64,000 nt of DNA from the NCBI GenBank assembly GCA_043228905.1, contig JBHGNT010000010.1, positions 22,134,001 through 22,198,000 of the forward strand, written 5' to 3'. Position 1 is the stretch's first letter, and every line of letters begins with the position of its first letter. Positions 36,538-50,205 of the stretch are shown here, piece by piece. The notes beneath the pieces were generated by a model. The model saw only the letters and a program-made list of their open reading frames with translations, searched no databases and was not told the DNA's origin. The DNA comes from Azolla caroliniana. Lineage: Eukaryota; Plantae; Polypodiophyta. The translations under genes were made by a program, and so were the position numbers.

Positions 36538-39391
36538 AATGGGCCATTGTGGAAATCATAACATGATGGAGATAACCTCACTCCATGATGATACTACAAA
36601 TGTTTTCTTGACAAGTAACTATAATTGTGTTATAGCTTCAAATAATTGTTGAGGAAAATTTTATTTATTGTATAGCATCACATTTGTTTAGTGTTCAATT
36701 ATATAACATAAACTTGTGACACTTTCATGCCATGATTGGTAAAGTGCATTTGATATGCATTTTTCTTAATACATTGATGTGAACTCGAGGGCTTGTTAGA
36801 TGTATATTCTCGCACTAGGAATAACATTAATTACACTTTATTGTACATCTATTAATGGGATATATGGCAACATTGTGAATTGAGTGATAACAATCTTATT
36901 CTAAAAGCGATGATATTTAGAAGAATGTGATGGGAATACATCATTTTTCCACTTTCAAGTATTAAACAATTCAATTTTGAAAAGAACATGAGAAAACCAA
37001 TCAATATACCCTTAGTTGGCCGATCCATAGAATGCAAGCATGGATGGTATTATAATGGTTCTACATCTTATAAACAAATAACTTATATGTCATACATATA
37101 TAACCAAGCATTGGGAGGTATCACTTATCATGGGGAAAAGTATATAAGACCATATTATGGATTGGAATATCCATTGACAAGACAAATATAGACAAGACAA
37201 ATTAAAATAATAAATTTATTTAGAAGAACATTTGATTTTTTGTTTACTAAAACCATAAGACCATGGTCAATTGATAAACCAGCTTCACAAAATGCAATTC
37301 AACATGAGATTTGAATATAGACACACCAACACACATGTCACGTGTACGCATATTAAACATATATCTATATTTTTTAATACAAAAGACATAATTGAAGGAA
37401 AAATGGAGTGGACTTCTCACAAAACTAGCAAAGAAAGTTTAGCATCAACAATGAGCAATGGAATGGGACATTGACCATTTCTTAAGATTGGTTTATTGAA
37501 CCTACAATTTCTTATTTTTCGAATATAATCGATTGGAGCAATGTTGTTAGAATGATCCCCAATCTTCATCAGGGGTTCCCTCAATTATATCAAGCTACAA
37601 TTATTTTCTCTTGTTGTGGTAACCACTGATCCTTATGATGAGACCAATATAGAATTTGCAATAGCTAAATTATATATTTCAAGTATGGTTTGTTTGAAAT
37701 CTTATTGGTAAAGCTAGTCTTCAATACATAATTGGTCGTATATTTGCTCCTCCATGATCCAACTTGAAATCGAGGATGGCAGTGGCTTAAACTAGTCTTC
37801 TTTCCACCCAGAAAAAGAGAAAAAAGCATCCTCCTTTTGGTTTCTAGGTGTGAATCCAACCTAACACATGAAAAAACACTCTTTTATGAAATCTAAATGT
37901 GAGTGACGCCATCCCAAGTATTAGAGCATTAGTAAGGTATGTGATTTTAGAGGCTAAAATCAATCCATAAACGTCAACCTTTAGAGATAAGGCGGTAGAT
38001 GTTGGACTTCAAAAGTAGAGTCCACTTATGAAAAACAATGTATAGTGCCCACTATCTACTATGCACAATAGAGATGGCTTTTTAAGCATTGTCGTTGAGG
38101 TGGACGCACTATACGAGTGATCACGTTGTAGCATGAACGCACTATACAAGTGAGCATCCAATTGTAAACATCGTGGTGGGATCGACAAAAGTTCGCCCAT
38201 TGACACCAACAATGATTCAATACTTAACATGGACTTATCCACCAACAATAACTTTTATTTGTCAACTAAAAAGCAAATCTTAGATTAGGATTTTCCAAAA
38301 AGAGTGGTAAGGGAAATCCTTTGGGTTGGTTGGCCTTATTTTTGAATGAGTTGTGAGACGAGGCGGTTATTTTCCATCGGCTTAGATTTTGGACGTTTCA
38401 GACCATTGGGGTTGATCAAACGTGGGTAACTCCCAATCATTCGACTTCCATTTCATTGAGAGTCTAATCTAATCATCCCCCACACAAGAGTCTCGTCAGG
38501 ATTGGTTGTAATTTGCAGAAATGTGTGTGCTATTTAGCTATGTATGAGACGATTTGAGCCTTTTATTTATGAATGCTTTTGGAGCACTAAGAAGGTTTCT
38601 ATGGTATAGTATTGTATAGCTTTGTATTGTAATGCTTTGTATTATTGTATAATGTTGAATTGGATTGTACATACATATATGTATTTATTTCGTGGATGTT
38701 TTATTAATGTTGTTGATGCTTACCACCCGTCCTCTCTTGAGAACAAACAGAAAACGTAACAACAACGAGGGTCCGCCAAACATACATACATAGTAACATA
38801 TATATAGATTGACACATGTGTGATATTCGTGATATTCTCTATGCGTTTTATTCGTAATATTCGGGAATACGAAATCGCCCCAAGAATATTATAAAACCAT
38901 TCGTTTTGTAAAGTAAATATAAATTTTTTTATTTAAATAAATTTATTTCAAAAAAAAAACAATTATTCATTAATAGATTATAGTGTCAGCCTTCATTCAG
39001 GAGAGTTTATGAAACTTATTTTAATTAAGTAATTAATTAATTAATTTTTAAAAAATAAATATTCTTATATTTATTATAAAAATATGATTAGTGTGAACTT
39101 TAGTCCTATTCTTAATGTCAAGATAAAAATATTCATAAATTTTGAGGGAATAAAAAGTGAAAAATTAATGAACCTTTATTTTATTTTTATTTATTTATTA
39201 AAAATAAAACGAATACTTATAGTTATAAGTTACACATTTATTATAAAAATGGAGTAGTGTCAAGTCCCTCTTTTATTATCCCTATTTATTGTCAAGTTCC
39301 TTTTTTTTTTATCCTAAAGAAATTAAAATAGATAAGTTCATGTACTCTTTTTTTTTCTTTTTTTAAGTTAAACGAATATTTGACCATCCAT

Positions 39392-39865
39392 TGGTATTCG
39401 TATTGTTTGCATTCGAATGAGGAATCCCCGGAATGCGAATATGTCAATCTAGTATGATCTACATATGGAGGCAGGGAAAGGATAAAAAAGCCATACACAC
39501 ATACATAACATAACATAATTATTAATATATATGTATGTATGTACATATAAAGGAAGGAACCCAGGAATGCGAATGTGTCAATCTAGTATGATATCCATTC
39601 GTATTCGTTTGTATTCGAATGAGGAACCCCAGGAATGCGAATATGTCAATCTAGTATGATATCCATTCATATTCGTTTGTATTCGAATGAGGAACCCCAG
39701 GAATGCGAATATGTCAAACTAGTATGATCTACAATGGAGACAGGGAAAGGATAAAAAAGCCATACACACATACATAACATAACATAATTATTAATATATA
39801 TGTATGTATGTATGTAAATTGTAATGTATGTATGTATTATGTACATATAAAGGAAGGAAGGAAGG
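39392..39865. repeat. Composite tandem repeat: four ~68-bp units plus a duplicated ~100-bp block
   Basis: ggaatgcgaatatgtcaatctagtatgat occurs four times (minor variants); cagggaaaggataaaaaagccatacacacatacataac occurs twice. Confidence 0.85.
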
Positions 39866-40055
39866 AAATTGCAATGATCGTGCTTCCGCTTTTAAAACCT
39901 CTCCGGCGGGAATGCCGATGAAGAAGAAGCAGAAGATGACTGTGACGGTGACGGTGACGGAGGAGACGACAAGAACGAAGGAGCATAAGAAACACGCAGA
40001 ATGAAGCAAATGCAGAAGCAGATGAGAAGTAACCGCTTCCTTCATCGTCGCTAAG

Positions 40056-40092
<37 letters not shown>

Positions 40093-41377
40093 GTGTATCT
40101 TTGTTTATATCTATCCGTATCTGCATCTCAATTCTGACCTTTCCAAGTTTCATGATCAATTTTAGTAATCTGTTATACATCCATCAACTCCCATTCTCGT
40201 TATCTCTCCCTCTGATGATCTTATATCTCTATTCTTTACTACTGTTCTGGATTCTGATCTTCGATTCCATATCTCAGCGCTCTCTCTCTCTCTCTCTCTC
40301 CCATATCTGTCATGTATTTTGCTACATGATCCTCGACTTCATATATCTCAGCTCTCTCTCTCTCTCTCTCTCATCAGTTCACCAAATGCTTCAAATTACT
40401 ATCATTCTTTGCATCTGTTACAAGTGGATGGATACACACACATGTAATTAGTTTGTTGTATCCGTTATTAATCCCATCATCCCTAACGGAAACTTAGGCA
40501 TTGCGTGGACGTCAATTATTACCAACATGGCTCTTTGATCTCCCTCTCTGATCTCTCAAACACACAGACACTCATTCTAACAAGTGCATGCTATTCTTTG
40601 TTTTGACACTCTAACCTGTACCATTACTTGCATGTGTTTCCGACTTAATCTTACTAATTCGCACTCAATCATTTCTTCATCCTGTCATAGTTAGAACTTA
40701 GAATATAGGCGTATGCTAAGCAGAGTAGTCAAATATTCTTCTCTTCGCTGATAAAAAACATAAAGCTTCCCATATTCCGCTCCATGGAGAATCGTGTATA
40801 TTTACTGTGCAGTAGTCCCCTTGAAGCGTTACAACTTGTTCTCTATCCATCCGCTCTTTATTTCTACAAGTTGCTAACTCCCTATCAATATCTGTGCATA
40901 TGTAAATACGTAAGTTGTAACTGTGTTTACAATTTGGCAATTTGGTAACACTGAACGGGTTGAATAGACGTCTAATGCAGGAACTTCAGAACCCAGAGAA
41001 AGATCCAAGACATAACTGGGTTTCGAGCAAATACCATAGCTTCAGCTGAACTAAAGAAGAAAAAAAATCCGCAAGTGACGTATTTGTCGTTGGATATTAA
41101 AGCATCATAGCTTCAGCTGAAACTAAAGACGAAGAAAATCAACGAAGAAGAAGTTTTTGGTGGTTCATTGAATCAAATGTTATAGTTTGATTAGAGAATA
41201 CTGAGAAGAAGCATACTTTATTATAGTTTGATCGGCTGAAACTGACGAACAAGAAAATCTGTAAGTTTAATTTATGTGATTCACATAAAAGCAATCATTG
41301 ACCAGGTTGCTGAAACTTACATATGTAATAAATTTGCAGGAAGCTTATAACGCCTCAGAGAACAGGTCAGAGCGATA

Positions 41378-44300
41378 ATGAATAATACACAGGAGGATGG
41401 TGGCTTCCTTTCTAATCATACAAAGATACCTGGAACGTTTAAAGGAGAAGAAGAAAATATGCAAGAAAAGAAGGTTTTACCACAAAATTTCACAATTTGT
41501 CGTCTGAATGTAAGAGGAATGACTTGTACAGCTTGCTCAATGAGTGTTGAATCTGCTCTACAAAGGATCCATGGCATAAAGAAAGCAGTGGTAGCATTAA
41601 CAACAGAAGAAGCAGAAGTAGAATATGATCCTTTAATAGTAAATCATAACCAGATCGTGGAGGCTGTAGAGGATGCAGGATTCCAAGCAGAAGGTCTTGC
41701 CAGCGTATTAACAAACCTTGAGAGTATTAATCAAGTGCACTTGGAATTATTGGAAGGATTAAGTACCAAGAAATTATATTCACAGGACGATATGGAATCT
41801 GTACAGTCTTGTCTTGAAGCTCTCTCAGGCGTAAAAACAGTAGAAACGGAGTTGCAGAGACATATGGTGATCGTTTCCTATGATCCAGAACAAACAGGCC
41901 CACGCTTCTTCTTAGAAACCATTGATAAAGAAATTGGTTTCCGAGCTAGGATTCACAGTACTGACCTCAAAGGAGGAGACAGGTCCAGAGAGAGGAAAGA
42001 ATATAAAAGGCAGTTTCTTTGGAGCTGCGCTTTCAGTATACCTATTTTCTTGCTTTCAATGGTTTTCATGTATATTCCCACAGTGAAAGACCTATTGGAG
42101 AAGCCATTGCTTAATATGCTAACCGTGGGGATGCTCCTTAGATGGATCTTATCAACTCCAGTGCAATTTGTTTCTGGTATGAGGTTTCATATCGGAGCCT
42201 ACAATGCACTTAAACATGGATCCTCTAACATGGATGTTCTTGTATCTCTCGGTACAAATGCTGCTTATTTCTACTCAATTTACACAGCCCTGAGAGCTTC
42301 ATCTTCCAAGCATTTCAGAGGAACTGACTTCTTCGAAACTGGGGCAATGCTTATCTCTTTCATCTTGCTTGGAAAATACTTGGAAGTCTTTGCAAAAGGC
42401 AAAACTTGTGATGCTATAGCTAAGCTCATTAATCTACAACCTGATTTTGCAACTCTTCTTATTGGGGATGAGAACGGAGGAGTGTCTGAGAGAGAAATAA
42501 GTACACAACTTCTACATAGGAGAGACATTGTGAAGGTTATTCCTAGTAGAAAGTTTCCCACTGATGGTGTAGTGGTATGGGGACAGAGTCATGTGAATGA
42601 AAGTATGATCACCGGTGAAGCTATACCTGTTTCTAAGAAGATCGGAGATAACATTATTGGTGGAACTTTGAATGAGAGTGGTGTTCTACATGTAGAATCT
42701 ACACATGTTGGCCAAGAGACAACTCTTGCTCAGATTGTCCGGCTGGTAAAAACTGCCCAAATGGCGAAAGCACCAGTGCAAAAATATGCCGATCAGATTT
42801 CACAGTATTTTGTTCCCTTTGTGCGCATTATTCATTTCCCATGCTTTCAATAACACGTTGTTTTTAATGCTTCTAAGTAAAATACCTTCTAAATTATGTT
42901 ATTCTTGTGAGGTATTTGCTAGAGTACTCCTTTATGTTTTCCCAATTTACCAGAATTGCATCCACAGTAGTAAATTTTGTACTACAGATGGGTATTATGG
43001 TAAATCTTGGAGGGTATTATGGTAAATGTCTTAAAAATTAAGGGTAATTGAGTCTTCTTTGCTTTTAGTGTTCCCAGGCTTCTGCCTTGCCTGAATGTTT
43101 TCTTCTACGAATTCTTTGACAGGTGGTAGTGGCAGCTTTGATCACATGGCTGGGATGGTTCATTGCAGGAGTATCTAATTCCTATCCAAAAAGCTGGATA
43201 CCTTTGTCTATGGATGAATTTGAGCTTGCCCTACAGTTTGGCATTTCAGTATTGGTAATTGCTTGCCCATGTGCCTTGGGATTAGCAACACCAACTGCTG
43301 TCATGGTAGCAACAGGAAAAGGAGCTTCTCAGGGAATCCTAATCAAAGGCGGCCAAGCATTGGAAAACACGCATAAGGTCCCTTTTCGTGATATAATTTC
43401 ATACATCTGTGATATATGATCTGTATTAGGCACTGCAGTGGCGAATTAGCTCGTAAGCTCATTTCTGTGTGAATTTAGCAAGTTCATGTCCTACGTGAGC
43501 GTAGATAAAATGAATAGTGTTGGTTGTGAGTTCATGTACAATCGATCATATGTTCTAAGTTTACTGCACATCTGAATTAGCTCATAATTTTATGCCATAT
43601 GCAAGTGTAGATCAAATGCATAGTGTTTGATAAGACGGGAACTCTGACAATGGGAAAACCTGTCGTAGTGGATACAAAATTATTCAATGGGATGGATCTT
43701 CCTACTTTATACAGCTTGGTTTCTGCTGTGGAGGTATTTACTTGTTACCACATTGTTTATCTTTGACGTGAATAGGCATTTAATTACATTCTGAAAGAAA
43801 AACTTTTATGTGTAGATATTTAATACCATTATAAATGAAGATTACTGAATTTTGTTGATTCTTATCTCATATACCATAAAATGTAGGATATAGAAGAGGA
43901 TAATGGATTAAAATTTTTAAGTTGCATTTTTCATCTAAAAACAAAGAGAAATTCTATTGAATAGCAACTCTAAAGATCCTTGAAACTCGTGATACTGGTA
44001 TTAAATAGAATAAACGTGCCAAAAATTTTAAAACATACAAACAGCCCGTTTTAAATTTATGAATTAAAAAATTAGTAGCTTTAGAGAGATTAACCTGATT
44101 AAATTGTTTAAAAAATGAAAAGTGATGGATGGTATTTTAAATTTTGAACATAACGATTAAATCTTAGTGGGACGTGACTCTATTGCTAGGTAAATAGCGT
44201 GCATCCGTTGGGTAAGGCACTGGTGGAATATGCCAAATCCTTACAGGAACAAAATCCACACATCTCTTGGAAGCAAGAAGTTCACAATTTTGAGGCCATT

Positions 44301-46729
44301 AATGGCCATGGAGTGAGTGCAAATATAGGAGACAAGAGTATAGTGATAGGCAACAAGAGACTTATGGAGGACCTAAGTATACCAATCCCATTGGGAGTAA
44401 ATGAACTTGTAGGGAGGTCGGAGGATATGGCAAGAACAACAGTTTTAGTCTCTATTAATAATGAAATAGTTGGAATGATAGCTATATCTGACCCAGTGAA
44501 ACCTGAAGCTTCATCAGCAATCAAGGTATTGCGGTCTATGGGCATAGAAGGAATCATGGTGACCGGAGATAATTGGGGCACGGCAAAGGCTGTAGCAAAG
44601 GAAGTTGGGATTGACAAGATTGTGGCTGAAGCTCTACCAAGCACAAAATCCGACAAGATCAAGGATCTCCAGGTAAGATCCATATATCCTACCTAGTAGG
44701 ATTTTGATAGAAACATTTCACGTACTATGAAACGTTCAGGATTAAAACAAAATTCACGTATAAGGAAGAGAGAATTGTAATTCATTGATGTATCAATGTT
44801 CATGAAAAAAATACTGATGAACATATAGTAGCTTTAGAGAGGTGATATTTTAGAACATCTTAATAATCTAGGAATTAGTGGGCGTAAGATAATATAAAAC
44901 TCAAAGTCGCCCATTATAAAGAATATAGTAGGAAAAGACTCTAAGACAATAAAACGTAAGTGGCCTACTATGAAGCGTTTCACCCCCACCTCTTGGGTTT
45001 GGGTTGCTTTGGATAGTTTTGCTCCATCCAGAAAATCTAGCTTTTATGGATTTGATCTTAGCTTGTAATAAGTGGACCAAAACTATCCATAATGGGCCTA
45101 GATAGACCTCTTAGGTAGGTTTTTTGTATTGTTTATGCTGCTTTTAAACAATCTAGATTCGTCCACATTGAAGGATATTATACCATACCATACCCATCAA
45201 CAGAAATAGAAGCCCAATTATATATTATGAAACCCGTACTTTCTGTTTCTTGTCATATAATTGGGGTTCATAATAAATTCTCTCCACACGATCTTGGGAT
45301 TTTTTTAGCATGGGAAAGGAAGTAGAGCCTAGAGGTGTCTCCGAATTGCTAAGAGAACCCCAAAATACACCTAACTTGTTAGGTTTTTACCACAATATTC
45401 CTATCTCCTGAGTAATGGAAGGTGATTATATTCGTTTTTAGTACAAGATATAAAATTCATCATGCGTTATGTACATACCTATCCCTTTAGCATAAAATTA
45501 CAACATTTGTACTACAATGAGCCATGTAAAAACCTTGTACTACGAATGGGCTGGTGTTGGTTATTCTATACTCCACAAAGGGGTCGTAGGATAATCTTGT
45601 ACTACAAAGTGTAATCTTGTACTACAAAGTGACATTCTCTTGAACCTGCCAGCGTTTCTTTTCTTTCTCTTTTTCATTCTTCCATCCTGCTTTTTTTTTT
45701 TTTTTTTTTTATCGACAGACACCATTTGTTTCTTCTAGTTTTTCTTTATTAATCCCGAGAGTTTCCTTTTTGTACATGAAATAAATAATATGAAATGACC
45801 AAAAATAGAAAGCTCGTATTTCTGATTTGGTTGTATTGATTAAAAGATAGCCTGCCAACCTGCACCAAGTTTCAAAAAAACATTCTCCTGAGTGGAGAAC
45901 TTTTTATCCGCCACACGCAACTGTTTTTAATTAAAACACTCACATCAGGGAGAGTGGCTCCCCCAAACACCAGCAATTTCCAACTACTCCATTGCAAATT
46001 GGGTTTGTTAGCCATTTTGGCACTGTAAGATTACACACAGTACCATCAGTGATACCTTACTTTTCTATACCAATATACGATATGAACTCCCCCACTCCTT
46101 CAAGGTAGTGCTTAGGGCTCACGCACGAGTTGTATGTACTTTTAAAGCTTTTTTCGAAATGACCCTGTCGAAATAGGGAAAACTAAGAGGTCTGCCTAAA
46201 ATTGAAGTGCGGCTTCCCAATTTTATCCGGGTAAATTTAGCCTAGGTAGCTTGATTTGGCAAACACATAAAATCTCATGGTGTTGATTTTGTTGACATTT
46301 TTACAGAAGAATGGCATGGTTGTGGGCATGGTGGGGGATGGTATAAATGATTCACCCGCACTAGTGGCGGCGGACGTGGGTATGGCAATTGGAGCGGGAA
46401 CTGATGTTGCGATTGAGGCGGCTGACATTGTATTGATGAGAAGCAACCTCGAAGATGTCATAACAGCTATCGACTTGTCCAAGAAAACGTTTGCGAGGAT
46501 AAAGCTCAATTATATATGGGCATTAGGGTACAACCTTCTTGCACTACCCTTAGCATCTGGAGCACTCTATCCTTTGATCGGTGTACGCCTACCTCCGTGG
46601 GTTGCTGGGGCAGCCATGGCTTTCTCATCTGTCAGTGTTGTGTGCTCTTCATTGCTACTCAGGACTTACAAGAGACCCAAGTTCTCTGGAAATAACGTCT
46701 ATCGTCGAAATCATTTAGAGAAAGTTTAA
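41378..46729 (+). CDS. HMA5: Copper-transporting P1B-type ATPase, HMA5-like, 5 coding exons, ~908 aa
   Basis: Exons 41378-42820, 43123-43377, 43611-43733, 44190-44672, 46307-46729 total 2727 nt, in frame. Motifs: [66 protein letters not shown]. Confidence 0.92.
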
Positions 46730-47126
46730 TGATGACACCTCCAAAAGAATAGAATAAAATAAAGGTACTATACTCATCTTTCTTTTGCCTTTTCTTTGGT
46801 TTTTCTTTTCTTTTCTTTTGGAGGGATAGTTACATTAATACCATTATTAGCATACACGGGAAATGGATTCGATCAACGTGCCTTTGGCAAGGATCAAACT
46901 TTAGAGAGAGAGTAAGGGATGAACAATATATATGTTTCTTAAAAGCCCAAAGTGGTCTATGAGAACGAGAGACAACATTGAAAGTGTAGTATCACCCCCA
47001 CGATGAACAAGATAGTGGCCAAAGGTATTTTAAAGAGAAGAATATGATTAAATCTCAAAATTTTATCTACTTTTTGGAATATTTGAGAGAGATTCTTAAT
47101 CCAAAAATGTTGTCTACACCTTAGAG

Positions 47127-47172
<46 letters not shown>

Positions 47173-48628
47173 GGGATGACTTAGAACTACCTATGAACAG
47201 GTACCTCATTGGCAATAGCATCTGAGCAAATCCCAATATATCAAGGGACCAAGATCAACAGTCAAAATATTCTTAAAATTAACCTTCACAAACTAGCTCA
47301 TTACCCATCCATTGGGGTTTTTGGAAACTTCAAAAACTCCAAGGTGTACCATGTTCTTAACTCGAATAATAATAAAAAATGCAATGAAGGGATCTTCCTT
47401 TACTATCAATACCATGGCTAATGTCGGGGGCAATGCACGAGTAAAGCTACTAATTGAACTCATGGACAAACCCTACTCTGGTCAAGACTTGAAAAGTCTA
47501 ATTACTTTAGCTCATACCATACATAAATTGGTCTTTTTATAAAATCATTTTTTTCAAACAAATCCCAAAAGACTTCGGAAAACATGATATTTACAAAAGA
47601 CTTCAAACAATTTACAGTATTACTTGGTAGGTTTTTTTAGAGATTTCCATCAAATAAATAAATGGTTCTATATAAATTTATAATCATGTAGGGGAAAATA
47701 TAAAGTTGTATCATAAACATTATAACTCACTTTAGCAAAATTGTAACAAAACATTCGTAAATTAATGATTTAAATATTTGACCTTAATCATGTTAGGGCA
47801 TATATTAAAACTACTAAACAAAACCATAAATAATTAGACTATGTATTTCGGCTAACAAATCAGCAACCCTAATATACCAACTTTATTTTTAAAATAAAAG
47901 CCAAGAAATTCAAGCTTTCAGTAGACAAATGTGAAACCCTAATATAGCATTACCAACTTTTGATACACAGGAAGAAAACATAAACTTTTCTTCCTAAACA
48001 AAAACATAAAAAATTTAAGTTTTCAATAGAGGAACGTGAGAGCCAAATTAAGCCTGACCAATTTACAATTTTCAAACAATGGTGGTGATGATGCAAGTCT
48101 ATCAAACATTGACAAACATCATGTATTCCTACCAAGAAGAGGGGTTATGCTTAGGGTTTAGGGTAAAACCAAAATGTGTCTACTGTCATGTATTCCTACC
48201 AAGAAGAGAGGTTCTGTTTAGAGTTTAGAGTAATACCAAAAAGTGTGTATTGTAGCTACAGGCTTTTCAGTATTCTGATTGAAGGATTCTCACCGGTATG
48301 GGTAATTGCTGAACTTTTCCAGTAACTATGCGTTATGATACAAGCCACATAATAGTATGATAAATCTGCCCATGAAACATGTTGCAGTGGTTATGCGAAT
48401 TCCTTCTCCTTTTTTGTTGGTTTCCTAGTCAGCAAGAGCACTAGCACACATCTTCCAGCCACAGCTTAGCAAGGATCTTGCAACCATGTTTATAACAGAC
48501 AACCTTGCTTTGAACCACTTTTGGCTTGGTAACATTTAAGCAAAGCATATAAATAATTACGGTATCTGTGGCACTTGAATATGTGGGGCTTGTTGATGTA
48601 GAGCTTTCACAATGGCTCATCACTATCC

Positions 48629-50153
48629 CTAAGTATGTTGCATGTAATGAGGCACATAGCGTTCTCGGTTTTGCTTTGATGGTTTTGATGACAGTTGTAT
48701 ATCCCGTGGAGGTGGAAAACTGGTCCTTGATTTCGCATAGGGAGCATCTCGAGCTGCAATTATAGGAAACATTATCATTCCCTGATTTTCTTCTGAAAAT
48801 TCAATGGATTTCATTTAAATTGTGTACCTGTGGATAATCTTTGTGCCCGCAGAATGTTTTGTCGACGTTTGTAGAAAATGAATCCACATAGAATTCCAAG
48901 AAATGTTAGAATAATAAGTGATATGACAATGGCTACCACTGATCCACTTGAAACAGATTGATGGCAGGACTTTAACCCAGGTATTCCACATAATCCAGGA
49001 TTTCCAGAGAAGCTGCATAAATGTGTTGTATTACAGTTATATTATATACACAAAGTTCCAACACATCGTATGCAACTTGTCACATGACACCCAGTGACAA
49101 CAAAACAAAGAAGTGCCAAGAAATTTAGCTACAGTGCTTCCATCTGACAAGAAAAATAATGCAGAAAAACAATTTCTAAAAAACCTGATATGATTGAAAA
49201 ACAGCAATGGAAACCTAAAACGATCCTGCTCTCCATTGGGGAGATCAGCAGCAATAGAAACCCTAAAAAAGTTGTCAAGAATGGTTCTATGGACAAACGC
49301 CTCCATTGGGGAGATCAGGGAACATATCAAAGAATATAGAGAGGCTACCAGCCGAACCCCCACTAGTTCAGTGTTTCACAAATCATCATTTATCAAAATG
49401 CACAATACCAATATAATATACTGGAATACTGTTTCAAAAGCATATTAACTTCAAAGACATGCATTAATCTATCATGAAATGTTTTCCATTATATCACACA
49501 GCACACAATTGATGAGCACACGAGAAAATGCAAAATCATACTTGAAGCTTGCTCCATGGATAGGCCCCGCTCCGAGAACAGCTGGTACTTCACCATTAAG
49601 TTCGTTTCCATTTAAGAATCTGTTCAAAAAATGTGTCTAAGATAGCCTTGTTAATGTTTATGTAATTTTTTACAAATCAGAATTTTACACACATCATAGT
49701 AAAATGAAATGGTCGGTTAAATGTCATCTTGAACTGTGATGTTATATTCAAATTAAATATGACGGAGAGTTCAGTAAGTAGTTTGGTCATTTTTCCATAA
49801 ACCCAGGAGATATCAGAGCCTACATACAATTTACGGAGGTTGGTGAGGTTGCCAAAAGAATCAGGAATTGAACCAGTCAACTTATTGTAGGAAAGATCTC
49901 TGAAACACAATTGAAACAGATGCCCTTAGTACAACTTCACGCTTCTATATAACAGAGCTGCATCACATTCTGAAATTTGGGTTTAATCATTCAGAATAGT
50001 GATACTTAATGAAAATAATTCTATTGTTAATAAAACACTCTAATGATTCAAAGGTCTATTATATTAGCTTACAAGATTTCGAGGCGTAATAAATCTCCAA
50101 TCTTTGGTGGTATCTTTCCTGAGATGCTATTACCACTAAGGTTCCTGTTTGTA

Positions 50154-50205
<52 letters not shown>

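Noticed and set aside
39392-39865. CRISPR-like array
   Set aside because: Eukaryotic context; the sequences between repeats are themselves repeated, not unique spacers.
48150-48170. Interstitial telomere repeat (TTAGGGTTTAGGG)
   Set aside because: Only two units, within a local ~68-bp duplication; too short to be meaningful.
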